A stretch of 64,000 nt of DNA from Hydrolagus colliei (taxonomy: Eukaryota), in contig CM068750.1 in assembly GCA_035084275.1 (NCBI GenBank), forward strand, positions 7,688,001 through 7,752,000, written 5' to 3'. Numbering within the stretch: position 1 is the stretch's first letter; each line of letters begins with the position of its first letter. The position numbers were made by a program, and so were the translations under genes. Under the pieces are notes generated by a model that was not told the DNA's origin, did no database searches, and saw only the letters and a program-made list of their open reading frames with translations. Positions 39,351 to 51,300 of the stretch are shown here, piece after piece.

Positions 39351-42300
39351 GAGACAACAACAACTTGCATTTATATGGCAGCTTTCACACAGGAGAACAT
39401 CTCACAACACTTCATAAAGATGGATGGGTGACACCGGGCTTGATTTCAGGGGATCTTAACTAAACTTGTTGGATACAGTGAACAATTACTTAAATAACAG
39501 CCCCAATCTATAATATCCATGGAGTACATATGTATGTTCACTGAGAATATACTCTACCTTATATTTGTCTGGATGGATGTATTATATATTTACAAATCAG
39601 TACAGTCCAGAAGTTTGGTCAGGGAGTTAACACATTTATAAAGCTGTGTCAACTGTAATTTATTAGGCCATTTTCACTCTACCATTTTATTTTTGATAAT
39701 TGCATTAGTTTTCTAAGTGCACCTGGAGTTACTTATCGGGAATGACTGCCACTGATCATGAATATGAAAACTGCATTTTATTGCCATTGTGTTAGGGAAC
39801 TCTCCAGAATGCAATGACTCCCTCAAATTGACTGTGAATGCTGGATCAATTTGATTAATGTAAATTATTGCAAGTCTATTCTGGTTATTGAGTCACTACG
39901 TTTTTCTCACTGTTGTGTTTTCCTTATAAAATAGGAGCTTATTTGGAATAATGCCCAGTTCCAGAATTGCATATAACGGCAGACATGGGATTCGAGTTCT
40001 TATTTCCAGTGGAAAATTAATTAATTTGACACCCATTTTTCATCTGATTATTGTTTGATGTTCCATATAAACCCACACAAAAATATTACTTGCAACTCTT
40101 CACTGAATCTGTAAGGAACATAGGAAGACCACATTAATATTTCAAAAATCTGTTCTGTAAATATACAAGAATATCAGAGAGAAGAATTCTTTTCATCGAG
40201 ATTTTAACTACAGCAGTGTTACTATAATCTAGAAAACAGATATGAGAATGGTCATTTGTAACTAAATTATGTAAACAAGGTCAAAAGAGTTCTTATTCCG
40301 AGCAAAAAATCACAGCAGCTTCATTGATAATCAGTAAAGATTCCAAATGTAGCCCCATAGCTTTTTCCTTTCAGGAGGAAACCAGTTTCGCTGGTTAAAC
40401 TCCAGCAGTACCCCAACGCACACTCTGGTGTCCCCAAGCCTTGGCTCTTGCCAACCTGCGCCTAATATTTTCCAGAATTAGGATAAGCAGGATGCGTTCC
40501 TCCAGGGAGAGAGTGCACATTCCATTCCAACAACCCATCTCTGTGATTTCCACATGTAGGTGGGATGAGTGGAAATCTCAGCTTGGTTTGGAAATTTGTA
40601 AGCACAGTGATGGGTTTCTGCAAATATCAAACACCCAGCTGACCAATAAAAAATTAACTCATATTTCATTTGCACCATCAGTTCTAGAAACTTACGTTCA
40701 ACAAAATCTCAAACAAGTGCGTTGAATTGTGCTCCAATTCACATAAAAGGTACACGTAAAGGAAACTGAACAGACGAAGCATGAGTCATTGTTTTTCCAA
40801 GGGTTAGATTTACAAAGAGGTGCCAGTGTGTGACTTACACCTGCATGTGCTCAGTGAATAGAAGTTCACCAAAATTATTCAACACTGGTAATTTTCTCCA
40901 AACCACAACCGAGGCGAATGCACGAAACAAAAAGATAAAAAGGAGTAAGAGTATGAGAGATGAAACTTAAACCAAAAAAAGTGAAACAATAAAAGCATAA
41001 ACTGCTCTACCTTTGAAGGCAACTGCTGTAAACCCTGCACCTCTTCCCAGAAAAGAGGATCCTAATTCAAAAAATAGTTTCTAAATGAACAGAAGGATAT
41101 ACACTAGATCTATCTAGTTTGATTCCAACATCATTGAGCAATAGTGCAGCTAGGATTGTATCAAAACCACAATGGGAGTTTAAAGCGATCATGATGAGGA
41201 AAAACAAATTTGCCTTTCCGATTTCAAAGAGTTCACACATCTGCGCTCAATCTTTAATTATTGACTGGTTGGAACATGATTTGACGAGGATTATTATCAC
41301 ATATGTTGCATTTTTTACCCCTTGGGGTGTGTTATAATTATACAACTGTAGAATAACATGTTGAAATCAGCATGCAGCTGATTAGGACTGTGATGATTAT
41401 TCATGTACATCAATGATTGAATTGGATGAGGAGAACCATATTAAGCACAAAGTACACCAGGATTTCAATTGGTTCAAGTTTCTAGGATTACAACACGCTT
41501 TAGCACTCAATAAGTGTATAAGTAGAATCATTTTAAATTGATTTAAGTTTCAAATAGGATTTAAAATGAATTCTTGTGTACTTGTAAGTTGTTTTTCAAT
41601 GTGTATTTATCAACTATGATCCCAGTCAAATAATTACTTATTTTGGTAATATCAATTGATCAGAATTAAAACCAGATTCTATGTTAAAAATAATTACTGT
41701 ATATTGAAATATTTAGTCTGGAAAGGTTATTACTGTGATGTTTCCTATTTGGTGGTTTGCCAATCCTGGAGCACACACCCACTACCTGGAGAGGACAGCC
41801 TCTGCTTTTTATGCCTGAAGAATGTAGGTGTTTATCAGTATAAGGAAACCTAAAGTGCCAAATTGGAATTTAAGAAGCTAACATCACACACCATCAAACC
41901 AATGGTGACTTCTATCTAGTACATGTCCATCCAGGAACACTATCTAATCAGAAATATAAGATTGCAGATTTATCAGGTGCAAAGTAGGAAAAATCATTGC
42001 TCTCAGCAACATATCCTTCCCCTCCAAGAATCATTGATGAACCGATGAGGATGGACAATCTCAGAATTACACCGTCCGACTTACGTCAGGTATCAGTTCA
42101 CAGAGTTTGCCAAGGAAAGTTGATTTGGCTTCACTTTTCTTCATCAGACACAATGATTCTCAAGAGATCAGACTTACCTCCATCCCCAAGTAAGATAGTT
42201 ACAAGTGGGTCACAACTGTCTTAAGCTCTTGCTTGGTAGATATCAATTCCTAGGAATTTCAACCCTGTGGTATGATGAGCACCACTCACTGTAAAGTATG

Positions 42301-44706
42301 GTATATTGGCACCACTCTCCCAAATATAGCAATAACCCACAGTTGGAAGTATGATACTTCCCCAGTTGTTATTTACTACTCTTTAAAGAATTGTTTGGAC
42401 ACATCTTTTGCTTGAATTGAGTAGAGAAACTTTATCTTTATTGTAGTTCCAGGAAATTGCTTCCGATCTTAAATTGATATCCACCCCTAGATATCAATAC
42501 AATTCAACAGCAGGATCTGGCACCTTTGCATTTTCTATTTTGTAATGTGTGACACTTGAGGTGGGAGATACCTTACCAGTTGTCTCATTGTCCCAAGCCC
42601 GTAAAGATCTTCCAACAAGACACGAGCAACAACAAGCAGTCCCATAATTCCGTCAGACTCATTTGTAACTAACTGCCCTTTTTTTGTACCCACAAAAACC
42701 AGTGATGAAGACATCAAGTAGAATGGGTAATCATGAGCAATCTTGTATCACTCTTCTTTTGAGGATAACAACAACAACAACTTGCAATTATATATATTGC
42801 CCTTCAGGCAGGGTAGCATCCCGGAGAGCTTGCTGAGGATTTGATGACTTACAAGGATCTTGAGACTGCAGTGCACAATTAATTGAAATCCAGGATTCAA
42901 TCATGCATCCAGCTTCTTTTCAAGGGTAGCATGAAGGTTTGAATCAAAGGCCTTCCAGAAGTAAATGAGAGAAATGTAAGAGAGTTTACCCAAACCTCAT
43001 TGCATCTTACAATCATGTAGAATGCACAACTTGTCCATGCATTGCTTACTGGAACAGAAGGAGCCAGCTAAGACATTCTGATCAGCCAAGGATGTAAGGT
43101 GCACCTTATTGTATGTACAATGATTATGAAAAAAAATCGTCTTCAGACCCTAAACAAGAAAAAAAAATGCTCGGTAGATTTTAATCTCTCTTGTAGATAG
43201 AAGCCACAAATACACTCTGGGCTACAGAGTTGTGTCTATTTCCAAAAGAATCATTCGCCAAACTCAAGAGAGCAATTAGAAGGCAAGTCAGCAATTTATG
43301 GCACTTGCAATAATTTGCTTGAAAATGTGTCAGGAGAAAACCTACACATTTACAAAACAGTATTTTCTTGCTTTCCCTCCCCCACCCTCACATTTGGCAT
43401 CCGCATATTTGAAGGTTTGATTTTATGGAAGACTAGTTTGGACAACCGTCCCTGACTCATTTGTGGCTTTTAGAGAATCAAAGCAATTAAGTCGAGTCAG
43501 AATTCAGCTTCCTTTCATTTGTCGGACAAGTTCTCTTTCATCTCTTGGCCTTTGGTAACATACAAGCAGACTACAAAAAAGTGTTTCTTCTGCTTCTTGC
43601 AAGAGTCCTTGACAAAGAGCTGAGATGCTCGCTTGTTTGTTTATATCAGTCAAGGACAAATGTAACTCAGCACTATATAGACCTTCAAGTGTTTAGAAAC
43701 TCAATCCGATTCTGAGTGGGGGAAGGATAACAAGAGTGAGCAAAATGACCTTTTAATGAGAATAAGTGGTATTGGAAATATAAACATTGAAGGTGCCTGA
43801 ATGACACAAAGGGTTATGTATACTTCATCTTCCTTACTGGGACCAGGATTCAAATCCATGTGAAAAAAGTCCCAATTCTTTTGTTGGTGACGGTAAGTAT
43901 GACTGTCAGTCTAAACGAGATCTGATTATGCAAAGGTACTCTTATGTGGACATCGGAGTTAAGATGCAATCTTGGGACAGAGAACTGAAGACTCTTGTTA
44001 GTTTGGACTGTAACTATAAATACAACTAGGCACCACAATGACCAGTGGTGACCAGCAAAATAAATTTTCTTATTGAATATTTCTCAATTTATGATATGAA
44101 TCTATGCTGCTTTGTTATTTCTATGATCATTTTTTTGGTCATCTAAAATGGTTAGGCCACTAATGTCATAGATCTTTAAAATAGTTTACAGATCATTTGT
44201 TACTTATGTTATTCCATTCATCTCACCGATCTTCGGCTTATGATAACTGATCATTTACTAGTTATCAACGTGCAAATTAATTTCAGGAATATCCAAGAAG
44301 GTTTATAATGCAATAGGAAATCAAATTAAACTCTCTCGGATATCCAGGCATAGCTATATAGGTACGTAAAGATTGTATCAAATAAGTTGTAATTGTTGCA
44401 TCTCAAATATTCACTGAAGATCCAGTTATACCTAATTATTAACAAACTCCATTATCACAAGGCTTCCCTCCATAACTACCCTTTTCCCTTAATCCTGGCT
44501 GAAACTCATCTGGCTGAACCTGCCCATAGTTTCAATCTAATGGCAGCTCCAATAATACATTGAGTCAGACTTAAATCTGCCTGAGCTTCCTCCCATCCAT
44601 ACAGACTGAAGGTAGTCCTAAATGTGCTAGTTCTGGACTAAGTCTGAAAATGATGAGGTATGAAAAAATACTTTAAAAAGTATAAATCTAGAATTTGTTG
44701 TAAAAC

Positions 44707-46014
44707 TTTATTATCTAAAGAAATCCTCATTAGGAATTATAATTTGATAAGGAGGGGAAAGGGGGCAATGCATAGATTTGGGTAATTTAATGTTTTATTA
44801 ACACCCCCCAGTGCCCTCCCCCCAAATTAAACATTAAACTTTAAAAGCACAATAGCTTGCCACATTTCCCTGCCATTCACTTAGACCACAAGCTGTCAAA
44901 TGAAAATATTCAAACAGGCTGAAAAGATAACAGAAATGATCATTATGATTGAAACAAAAATAGAAAAAAAGTTTTTTGAGGGTATGTATGTGAATTTAAA
45001 ATTAACACAAAGAAATGTCAGATTCTACAGGTTGCTAGTTATGACTTCTGATTCAATTAAAATACTGAGAACATCCGCAACACTTATATTCCAAGAGCAC
45101 CAGGTTGAAAATATTGTTTAATATCTTGGAAACAAATGTGTTGTTTAATGCAATGTTGTGTATTATATAAAAGAGCCCTTTGTGTATAAGCAACAGCCCA
45201 ATAAGACTGAATTAAAATAACTCAAATAAACTTGTGTAGGCAGTTTGTCTCAAGAGAAAACTTATACAAAGTGCGATAAAAAAATTCTCAATTTGATAAT
45301 CTCATAAAACAATCTATGGAAACACTGTAGCTGCAAGAAAACACATGCCAAACATGTACAGAGTATATGCATTCAGCTTTAGGGGTTTACAGTACAAACG
45401 TGGCACTCTTAACCACTTCCAAGATGCATCTGTCGTGTAATTTATCAATTTTACACTGTTATCTAACCTGTTGTACTATGGTTTGAAAATTTAGGCTTCT
45501 GCTTAGAACTTTTAAACTTTTTTTTAAAACTATAACTTTTAACATTCTTTGGTAGCAACAATTTAATTTAATTACGGTTTTGTAGCCTTACTAGAGTCCC
45601 ACTGTTTGTGCAACCAGCCTTGTACAAAATAATCGTACTGTAACATGCGATGGCTGAATAATAAACAGAGAATGTGTTTGAGTACCTGCTGTGATTTTTA
45701 AAGCTCCAATTTCAAAGTTCGATTTGAGCTAAATCTATGTTTCTCAGCCAGTAACAAGGACCGTAAGAACCTACATTGGAAAGGATACATCTAAAACTGA
45801 AAATCACTTCAAAAATAGTCATTCATATTTTTGGGATGGGTTGAAATGGGCACATATTAAGTAAATTAAAAAAGTTACTTTCCCATCACACCATAACGGT
45901 GAAATGTATATTTACATTTACAATAACTGATTTTCCCCTGTTTGGTGCAGTTTAAGAAATGCCACCAATTTTAAATTAGGCACTGAGACATTTTTCTCCC
46001 CACATTTTCTCTTT
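44707..46014 (-). other. SPTB: Probable SPTB 3' UTR with candidate poly(A) signals
   Basis: AU-rich stretch with no repeat I could recognise, downstream of the stop. Minus-strand ATTAAA at 45144-45149 and AATAAA at 44794-44799 and 44707-44712. The true 3' end is not determinable from sequence. Confidence 0.5.
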
Positions 46015-46206
46015 TCATTTCTTTTTTGCAAAAAGGCTGAATCTTTTCTCCTTGTCCTTTTTGCCAGGACTTGTTTCAGGAGCAATGGTGGGTGGGAGTG
46101 GTAGGGTATGTGCCCTGACCTCCCCTTGTCCTGCGCTTTGGAGCTGTGGTTCATCATTCTCCGCGATGGCTGCGGTCAGATTCTGGATCCAGTTATTCAT
46201 CTCCTC
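46015..46206 (-). CDS. SPTB: Terminal coding exon of long (PH-containing) beta-spectrin isoform
   Basis: ttgttcttctag|GAG GAG ATG ... TGA. Encodes EEMNNWIQNL...KKDKEKRFSLFAKKK*, the canonical beta-spectrin C-terminus. Confidence 0.95.
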   Translation of the reverse strand, partial: EEMNNWIQNLTAAIAENDEPQLQSAGQGEVRAHTLPLPPTIAPETSPGKKDKEKRFSLFAKKK

Positions 46207-46458
46207 CTAGAAGAACAAAAGAGACATTCAAAATACAAAATGTGCCCTGGTTATATTCCCAGTAGATCTGCAGTGAAGGACTTCAATATCTTTCATTCGA
46301 TTGATACTATTCTAACAACAAATGCAAATTATTCACAAGGAAAAAAAGCATTCCATAGCTTCCTACGAGCAACAAATCTGAAGTGTGCAACTCATTCACT
46401 CGCATTTTATACATGAGTTTTTTTTAAAAAAAGACATAGGAATGACCAAGTTACTCAC

Positions 46459-46501
46459 CTCATCCTTGCCGTGGAACAGGTATTCACTTCCACTGCTCAA
46501 T
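46459..46501 (-). CDS. SPTB: Beta-spectrin PH-domain exon (43 nt, phase 2/0)
   Basis: Not in the ORF track: gtattgcag|A TTG AGC AGT GGA AGT GAA TAC CTG TTC CAC GGC AAG GAT GAG|gtgagt = LSSGSEYLFHGKDE. Confidence 0.93.
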
Positions 46502-46571
46502 CTGCAATACAAGCCCAAGCATTATTATTTGAAAGCAGATGCTTCTGCATTGGTTATAGTTGAACTTGAGT

Positions 46572-46665
46572 CATAGGAAACATAGGAATGGGACAAGACC
46601 ATTCAGCCCCTCAAAGCTGTCCTGCCATTCTATTAGATCATGGTTGATCTGTACCTGAACTCCAA
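46572..46665 (-). mobile_element. Short CR1 3'-end fragment. Others at about 1700-1860, 8600-8890(+), 11958-12330, 17060-17260(+), 31370-31490, 38980-39200, 51190-51310
   Basis: catagga...gaccattcagcccctcaaagctgtcctgccattc...agatcatggttgatc, homologous to 5000-5085. Confidence 0.7.
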
Positions 46666-47623
46666 ATAAATAAGGAACATTCAAAATAAATACACCTTCC
46701 TTATTTGCCTTTATATCTCTGCTGTTGCCTGACTGATTCGCTGTTTTAAAATGTTCTTACATTTCGGTCCTGAATTGAATAGGTTACATGGAAAACTTTA
46801 AAAAAAATACACTCAGTTTGTGAAAAATAATCTGATACTGAGTATAAAAATTCCAAATTATTTCAGTGACATATTTAACAGCAGTTATAATGGGGACTAG
46901 TCTCTGATGCTACCAATCATCTAACTTTCAACACTGTTTTCTCCTGCAGTACTGTTTTCCTATTTTTCCAGCACAGTAACCCTGACTTGCAAACTTGTGC
47001 ACAAATCAATTACAGTCAAATGTTTGTCAAAAATCTCCCCAAAAAAGTAAAAACTATGCAACAATAATAGCATCCGTAGGGATGGAACTATTCCATTATT
47101 TAGCAAAAAATACTTGCATTTTGCATCGCTCAACATCAAATGGACATCACAAGCACAATCTATAATAACAATTTTATATGGTAACCTCAAAACATGTACG
47201 CCATGGACTAAATAATGTATAGGGATAGAACTCACAGAATAGATGATGATTTTCACTCTATTGAGAATCTCTGATATATTGCAGTTATTACAGGTCAATA
47301 GCATTAGCAGGTCAACAGAAATTCAATTCCAGATCGATTTTACAACACTATTGTCCTTGCAGCTCAAATTATGAATTGTATGAATGAAACATAAATATGT
47401 TTGATGTTTGGTGTAAGTTTAAAAGTGCTCGATTAAGCACTACTTTTGGACTTGTGACATACAACCTCATTCATAAATGTCCATAAGAGGTATCATTTCT
47501 GGAAATTTGTGACGTCCTCCCGATGTGAAAGGTGCTTCATACGTGTAAATTCTATTGCAATAAACACCTACCACTTTGCAGTGTGTTGAATCTTCCAATT
47601 GGATCTGTCTTGCAACTACTCAC

Positions 47624-47797
47624 CGGAGTTTAAACACATGTTTCTTCTTCTTATAGTCAGCAGCCACTTCACATGTGGCACCTTTCAGATTCAAAGGTTC
47701 CGCTCCGTGGTATGTTACACCTGCGCTACAGTTCTTTGGGTCCTTATAGAAGCTAAGTTCTCCTTTCTTCAGGGCACAATATAAGGTAGTCCAGGAT
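47624..47797 (-). CDS. SPTB: Beta-spectrin PH-domain exon (174 nt, phase 2/2)
   Basis: cccag|A TCC TGG ... CTC CG|gtgagt. Encodes SWTTLYCALKKGELSFYKDPKN...YHGAEPLNL...YKKKKHVFKL(R). Confidence 0.95.
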
Positions 47798-48073
47798 CTG
47801 GGTTTTGATACAGAAAACATGAGATGAAAAGACCGAAAAGTGAATTAAAAAAAAATTCAGAACTAATTGAATCAGAATTTTAAAAAAGTTTTACATTTCT
47901 TTCCTTAACAGAGACTGACAATTTATTGTTAGGGTATGGGCCATCTTATCCTATAGGCCTACCAAGAATTAGTACAAGACTAACCAAACTAATTTTACAT
48001 GGGCTTTGAGAGCACATGGCAGAGGGGAGATTTACATCCCTGAGATGAACACAATTAGAAAGCAGAAATTCAC

Positions 48074-48348
48074 CTGTTGGATGCCTTCTTATTTGGTCCA
48101 TCTAGTTCATGCTTGCGTCCCAGGTATCCCTCCAATTGGGCAGTGTGGTCTCTAGGTGTTAGCACTGGCAGTGTAGATGCAAATCTAGATGTCTCAGGTC
48201 CCTGTTCTGGCAATATCAAGGGTGGGGGCCTCATGGCCTTTTCACGAGGTTTTTCTTCAATTTCCGATTTATCTTCAGTCTCCAATGTCTTTTCTTCTGG
48301 ACTGTCAGTGCCATTTACTAGGACGGAAAGAGTTTCTGATGTCGTTAC
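48074..48348 (-). CDS. SPTB: Beta-spectrin exon (275 nt, phase 0/2), linker and start of PH domain
   Basis: tttttccatcag|GTA ACG ACA ... AAC AG|gtgaat. Encodes VTTSETLSVLVNG...PRDHTAQLEGYLGRKHELDGPNKKASN(R); EGYLGRKH..GPNKKASNR is SPTB-type. Confidence 0.92.
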
Positions 48349-51300
48349 CTGATGGAAAAATTATAGAACAAGATTAATAATCCCCAATGCTGAGAATTTA
48401 AATGACACCAGCAACTCGTGTTATTTATAAGTTACCTCTCAGAGTCATGCACCTTAATGATGAATCAAACAGAATTGTATTATTAAGGATAGTGTACAAA
48501 GTACTGAATACCCAACAAATCAATATCTTGTCAGAGCACTGTTAACTTCTATTTAGTCATGCTGCATGCAAAGTAATGGAAGGTGAATAAGAAAAGCACA
48601 GTAAAAGGAACATTTGCAGATCAGTTTCTAGAAGTAATGTTAGCCTCCACGTTTTCATCTAATCTGCTTCCCCTTTTAGTATCTCTCCTAGGTTGTGTAC
48701 CTCCCCATTGCCAAGAGGGCAGACTATTCTCAGGATACAACTTCCTATTCTAGATATACAATTGCGCACAAATTGTGTCTTCCCTGTTGGTTTTCTCTCC
48801 TCCCCCACTACCTTGGGAAAGCATGCAACATCTCTCTTCTCCTGCCAGCTGCATAATGGATGAGATCAAGTTCTCAGAGGAGAGGGAAATTGTACCCAAG
48901 TTCCATTGCCCCACAACAATTGAACAAAATTCCTAGAGAGGAAACATCGACCCACTTGCCAAACGCACTACACACCAGGTGAAAGCCAACAACTCGTTCA
49001 CATCAGGTACCATATGAGCTGATAAATGTGAGTTTGCAACTTGGATGGTGTAGATTGGGCAACTTATTGGAATCAAGGAGAAAGTTTAGAAAGGAAGACA
49101 AGCTATGATGGTGACTTAGGGGCTGATGTGGCATCACAAAGTTGATATGTATCATTTGCCCATACAAATGGCATGTGTCTTCTGCACAAGAGGCACATAG
49201 CTCCTGTATGGTACAAATATACCAGTGTCAGCTTTTACTCAGTGTGTACTGCACATGATTAGTCTCAGCAGAGTCCTGTTTGTGGAGCAACTAAACAGCT
49301 CACCTTCGCCCACCTCGCACTTGCTGTTTTTGTTTCACATCCTGTGGATCACTGGATAATATTGTAATTCTTCAAAAAAACAAGGGTCATTAAATTGCAC
49401 GACCAGAAGCAGCTGAAGAACAGGTAACTTTCATTTTGTTTTTTTTGGCAGCATTTTTTTTTTTAAAAAGTGCGGAAAAGTAGCTTCCTTATAAAATTAA
49501 GGCTGAATTTAAGAATTTTCCACAATTTTCCCTAATTCTGCCCATTCTTCGTTCGAAGACTTTAAATTTGATGCTTGTACAGGCTAAGTCTCGATGAACT
49601 TTGCAGTTTCACATTGTATTGTCTTTTAAATGACATGGGTTGTAATCAAAGCTTTTTCTCAAAAGCTTATTTTTTCAGCAAGTGCTCTTAATGGTGTATA
49701 AATGACCAATTGAAAATGTGATAGTTCGGAAGTAAAGTCTTAGAAGTTCAATCATGTAAATATATGTGAATAGCTTTGAACTGTGGAATTGTATTCCCAG
49801 AAACAGTTTGCAATCATTTCTTTCAAATTAAAGCTTAGGAGAGTGATATACATCTGGCCATGTCTGGGCATGAGGAGTCCTGATGAGAGCACTAATGGAA
49901 AGCATCTGCTGAAATCAAGAATCATTAAGAACATCTTTGCAGCCAAATGGCTGGAACCCCAAACAAATAACCAAATGGAAGTCCAGGGCGCAAAGCACTA
50001 CAGAATTGCCAATTAAAACCAACACGTCAAAAATCAAAATCTAGATACTGCTGCCATAATTCCTTTTACAAGCCCATGCCTTTGCTTCTGCTTTGAAATG
50101 TTCCTAGTTAAGGAATGTGATTCATTTGTCCAATCTGACCTGTCTGTGTCCTGCCATGTGGCTAACTCTCAAAGCTATCTTCGTGAGTGTTCTTCAGTCA
50201 CCACTTTTCCTCTTCATTCATACTCACATGCCTCACCCACCACCACCAGCAACCTACTTTCTCCCACTCCCTCCTGCTTAGTCCCTCTCAAATGATCCGC
50301 AGACCTTCTTTGTCCACAGACCATACTAACTCCGCTTATATCCTATGAAGCACTTTGGGACATCCTCCTGACGTGAACGGTGCTATCCCAAATGTAAGGA
50401 TTATTATTATCAATATATTCTCCTATAGCTACAGACCTAGAACTTGGAATTGGAATAACTGATAAATTGAGACAGGAAAAAAAGTAAAGAGGTTTGAAGG
50501 AAGAAAAAGGTAAGAAATTGAAGGAAATATGATATATTTGATGTTTAAATAATATTGTACATTATGGAAATAAAATACAAATTCATAACGTAGAAAGATC
50601 ATACTTTAAAATAGGAAAAAGGCGGTATCATACACCAGGGTGATTTAATAAACCCACGACGGTTTGTGAGACACTGCTGTGCTCAATTAACTGCCAAGTT
50701 TCGCCCCCCCCCCAAATACACAGTCAATCCACTTTACAATATATTCTGTAAATTCTTTGAGTCGTCTCAATGGCATGATAAGGTGCTATCAAATGCAAGT
50801 ATTATTAGTATCATTATTATTAACATCAACAGTTGGAGCTATTATGGCATTGTACATAATTGCCCAACAATTCCCTTCTCAAAGCAATCAAGAGAAATAA
50901 CGTGCTTTATTCAAGGGTCACTGTTGATTCCAACAAATGAATCTCCTGGCAGCACAAACTCAATTTCCTGACAGCTCGAATGTCAGAAAGTTCAAAAACA
51001 TCATTATTCAGCAAAAATACATAAAGGCCACACAATTAACCTGCTTGTTGTTGTATATCCTTCCATTATATTTAACCTACACGAAATCATTTACTTTCAT
51101 ATTCTTGCTGTTGCAATAACGAGTGAACGAAGCCAGTAAAAGTGTCCAAAGGGAAATGTGGAATGTCATCACAATATTTATTATAGAAATTATAACATAG
51201 GTGGAGACCATTTGGCCTATTGACATTATGCTGGTGCTAACTTCTCCATAGGGGCTTGCTCCTCTGGTCCCAATTCCCTGTTCTTTCCCTGTAATTATTT

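Noticed and set aside
48077-48352. Plus-strand ORFs overlapping spectrin exons (also 61505-61929, 62470-62995, 46108-46416)
   Set aside because: Antisense shadows of real coding exons.
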